Positions 49,335 through 64,000 of a DNA stretch of 64,000 bases are shown piece after piece. The stretch lies in NCBI GenBank assembly GCA_020137815.1, contig CM035354.1, positions 2,232,001-2,296,000 on the forward strand, read 5' to 3'. A program made the translations under genes and the position numbers. A model generated the notes under the pieces. It did not search any database and was not told where the DNA came from. It worked only from the letters and a program-made list of their open reading frames with translations. The stretch is from Hormiphora californensis. Its lineage: Eukaryota; Animalia; Ctenophora. Position 1 is the stretch's first letter. The number at the start of each line of letters is the position of its first letter.

Positions 49335-49426
49335 TTTCTCCCAGCGCGCCGCTGGGAGAAGCTAGCTGTAGTTTATCCGCCACTGGCGGATAAATTGGTT
49401 TAAATCACGACGACGATCCCGAGGCG
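49335..49426 (+). mobile_element. Double-hairpin repeat, possibly a Crypton-like terminus; second copy at 62853-62990
   Basis: TTCTCCCAGCG-CGC-CGCTGGGAGAA...GTTTATCCGCC-ACT-GGCGGATAAAT then GGTTTAAATC.CGACG.CGATCCCGAGGCG, shared with 62853-62947. Superfamily is a guess. Confidence 0.5.
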
Positions 49427-51962
49427 TAGAAAGGATTGCCCAATTGAGCAATATAATCACTTCTCTCTTTTTTCCTATCTCTCCTAAATTTCTTCACCGG
49501 TTGTGCAGATTGCAGAAAATAAGTTTTCGGTGCTGCTTCAGGTTTCTTAACGTAAAACAATGGAAGAGCATGAGATTATCAAAAATGTATCGGTACTGCT
49601 AATATCAGATCTATATCCGCGGATATCCGGTCAATGCTACGAAACAGGCCGGTCATGAAATTGCAACATTTGAACCAAAAATCCAGGGTTTTATTAATCT
49701 TTTCTTCGGTTTACTTCGGTGGTATTAATTATCGATCCCATCTCGATACTTTTTTTGTTGAAATATCAAAGAGCGAATCGAGATCAAATGGATATTTTTT
49801 GATCAACCAAACATCGAATCGATACTTTTCGGTCACCCAAAGATCGAACTAGAGATCGAATCGATTTTTGATTTTTTAGGGAAAGGATCGAGATAGGGTT
49901 GATCCCAATTATCGCCGGTTTTCTCTGACAATTCTTTGACAGAATTTTCGTGACGATTCCATAGTAAAGCTAGGAATTAGTAAGTCAAATCAAGCTGAAC
50001 GTGAGTCTAATTTCTTCTAGTCAATATTATTGAATATATCGCGATCGATAATTGCCCAAAGTAACAATTACAGAAGTGTCATAAGGAGTAACCCACTCAA
50101 GCCAAACAAAGTTGAATGCAACTTTTATATTGGGTTTTAATTGTTTTAACTAATTCAATCAGTCACGCTAGACTGTAAATCATGAATATTGGATGGTCCA
50201 CCATCAAGAATATATTCCTAGACCATTGTCTGAAGGTACAGGGGGATATGTGACCATGAAGTGAACTATAATGACACCAATTACATTGGATTATCTGATT
50301 CCCAAAATATATTTGTGAGAATTGATCCTCAGATTAAAAACTCGGTATATGGTGTTTTGTGTGGGGGAGTTAATCACGACAGAGAGACGAGAGAATTATT
50401 AAAGTGGGTTTAATCATAACAACATTCTGTGGGGGAGGCTGGGGCTGCTGTAGGGGACGAAAATAGAACCTCCCTCCCTCCCTTCCCCTTGCAGCAGCTG
50501 CAGGCGGGCCCATTTTCTGATCTCTCTCCCCCCACTTCTCCCCTCCCTCTCAGTTCCCATGCACCAAGACTGCAGTACACAATAACGTATTACCTAATCC
50601 AACTGACGTAATACATTATGTACTTTAGTACAGCTGCAGCGTCAGATGAACTACATTCTACAGAGACTAATGACGTACAGCATTCCCCGGGTGAATCATG
50701 TGGTGACTGTCAGAGCATTGTCCTGACAGCTGTATGTGGTAATGGGAGCCTATAAATACTATGAAATCATACAATGACAACTTTAGTTGTTAGACTAGCT
50801 GTGCCACATATTTCATAGACCTCAAATCCCCCCTCGCTCATAATATATGCGGAGTATTTTATTCCTATCATGTTTCCGTGGAAAAAGATTTACGAATAGA
50901 AAGATGAGGAGCTATTAAGTTGAATTGTTCGGAGGAACAAGCAATATACGTGATATAAAGTGAGTGACAGGGTAGCAAAGCTGCCAAAAGATGCAGTGAT
51001 TTCTTTGACAGGCTACTATGCACTGTCACTAGCTGCAGTGGTAACCCATATCATTTGAGAGGGACCAACTTACAAAAAGAACTTAGGTATGATATAGCGA
51101 GGGGATTTTGTGAGGGACAAGCTGTAGCATGTCAATGATTTCCATATAATGTCAATGATCTCCATATTATGTGGCCAGGGACCGGAAAACAATAAACACT
51201 TGCTGATATTCACCTGTCAGCTCGGGTAAGCTTGCTGCTGCATGCAGATTGCAGTCGTACGGCAAAGTAACTTCTAGTAGGTGGTATAATTTCATCAGTT
51301 ATCTATGCTATCGCTATTTAGCCTTTAAACAGAGCATGGAGAAAGTTCTTCCCATGGTTTTTTAAAGTTACGACCTGCTGCACCTGGTATTTCAGATATA
51401 TCCAGGAGCAGAGGCAGAAAGTTCAGAGTCTTTGTGGATTTTACGTAGCGCGCGGTACACTTTCAATAGTGAAAGGTTCAAAGCGCGCGTTTGAAGAAAC
51501 CCGTGGTCTGTACAGCACCACGCTTTTTCTGCAGCCCGGTGTTGGATCTTCGGCAGCTTCCTCGGTCAGTCGGTCGGGACCAGCTGCATGGCATCACCCG
51601 ATTCAATGTTTGCGGGACAAGTTACTGGGAGATCTGACCTCGTAGTACCTACTGCAGTTCCAGACCATACACCTTCAACAACTGTCAGGCCAATGCTCTG
51701 ACAGTTCAACAACCACTCCAGATGACCCGATTCATTTTGTCATGTCGAATATTGGCCCAGTGGCCTGACCCTATCCTCAGTTCTTTCAAGAACCTCGGTC
51801 AGAGCAGTTTTGTCATGTCGTCTGCTGATGCCACTTTCAGATTGGTCAAATTAAAAAGGGGCGATTTAACAAATTGGAAATTAAATCAAATAATCAACTG
51901 ACAAAACATTTTCCATCACCATATTATCACAATCTTTCTCGTTGTGTTACCAGCACACATTT

Positions 51963-52071
51963 CAGGAACCGACCGAAACAAGTAAACAACCAATCACAAC
52001 TCGCTATTTAGGTCACGTGACTGGTTATCAGCCAATCAGGGACCAGTATTTCCTGATTCGGTCGGTTCCTG
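51963..52071 (+). mobile_element. hAT-type MITE copy
   Basis: TSD ACACATTT. Confidence 0.9.
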
Positions 52072-52299
52072 ACACATTTACACAAGTCCAATCAATATTC
52101 ATTGATTAATACCAAAGATAATAGAACGTCCTTTCTTTAGAGGAAACACACACAAAAAACACATAGCCCCTTTCTTTGGGTATAACAAACAGATAGCTCC
52201 TTTTTCTTTCCCTCTGTTAATTCCTTTCCTTTCTGATTGGAGTGGGGGCCACTGGTGGACCTCTATCCCTACTCCTCTTTCCCTATTCCTCTTCTTTCC

Positions 52300-63800
<11,501 letters not shown>

Positions 63801-64000
63801 CTGAAGAGGGAAATGTGTTTTACAGTAATATTGTTAGTTTTGAAAACAAAAAGTATCCAATTGGCATCATTAAAAAATGACAGCAGACAGCCTATAACAT
63901 AGGTCTTTGCAAAAAGATATATCTCATGATGCCATTGATTACATCTCCCCTCATGGGATATGGTGTTACTAACTGGACTACTTGTTTTGAGTTTTTGATA

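Noticed and set aside
48000-51900. Short ORFs (48080-48334, ~51397-51643) as an extra gene
   Set aside because: No recognisable domain and no consistent exon chain.

Overview
This is eukaryotic animal genomic DNA with GT-AG introns, (GA)n microsatellites and many non-autonomous transposons, so most entries in the ORF track are noise. It is probably a cydippid ctenophore (Pleurobrachia/Hormiphora type). That guess rests on my recollection of the 109-bp CAGGAACCGACCGAA MITE, on the LRR-less LDLa-GPCRs and on the nested intronic genes, and is unverified. Hand-spliced, phase-consistent genes: a catalytically degenerate MULE-transposase/ZSWIM-like gene (+, 5' partial, to 3736); a secreted Asp/Glu/Ser-rich protein (-, 7.3-8.0 kb); an 11-exon SLC22-like MFS transporter (+, 8.2-12.9 kb); two Ly6/uPAR three-finger-like paralogs (-, 13 kb and 29 kb, the second frameshifted); myosin essential light chain (-, 35.9-43.8 kb) with an LDLa-GPCR nested antisense in intron 4; VGLL4/Tgi (+, 45.7-47.7 kb); and ATG7 (-, 52.3-63.8 kb, 5' partial) with a second, intronless LDLa-GPCR nested antisense and flanked by diverged direct repeats. 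Mobile DNA includes a three-level nest (Merlin-like > Kolobok-like > Helentron-type and Tc1-like), several foldback elements and MITEs, and a CRE-clade retrotransposon relic. The most unusual pattern is that about 10 tandem duplications sit exactly on exon-intron junctions and multiply splice acceptors, donors or a start codon plus signal peptide. The ~28.7-35.7 kb stretch looks error-rich, possibly low-quality consensus.
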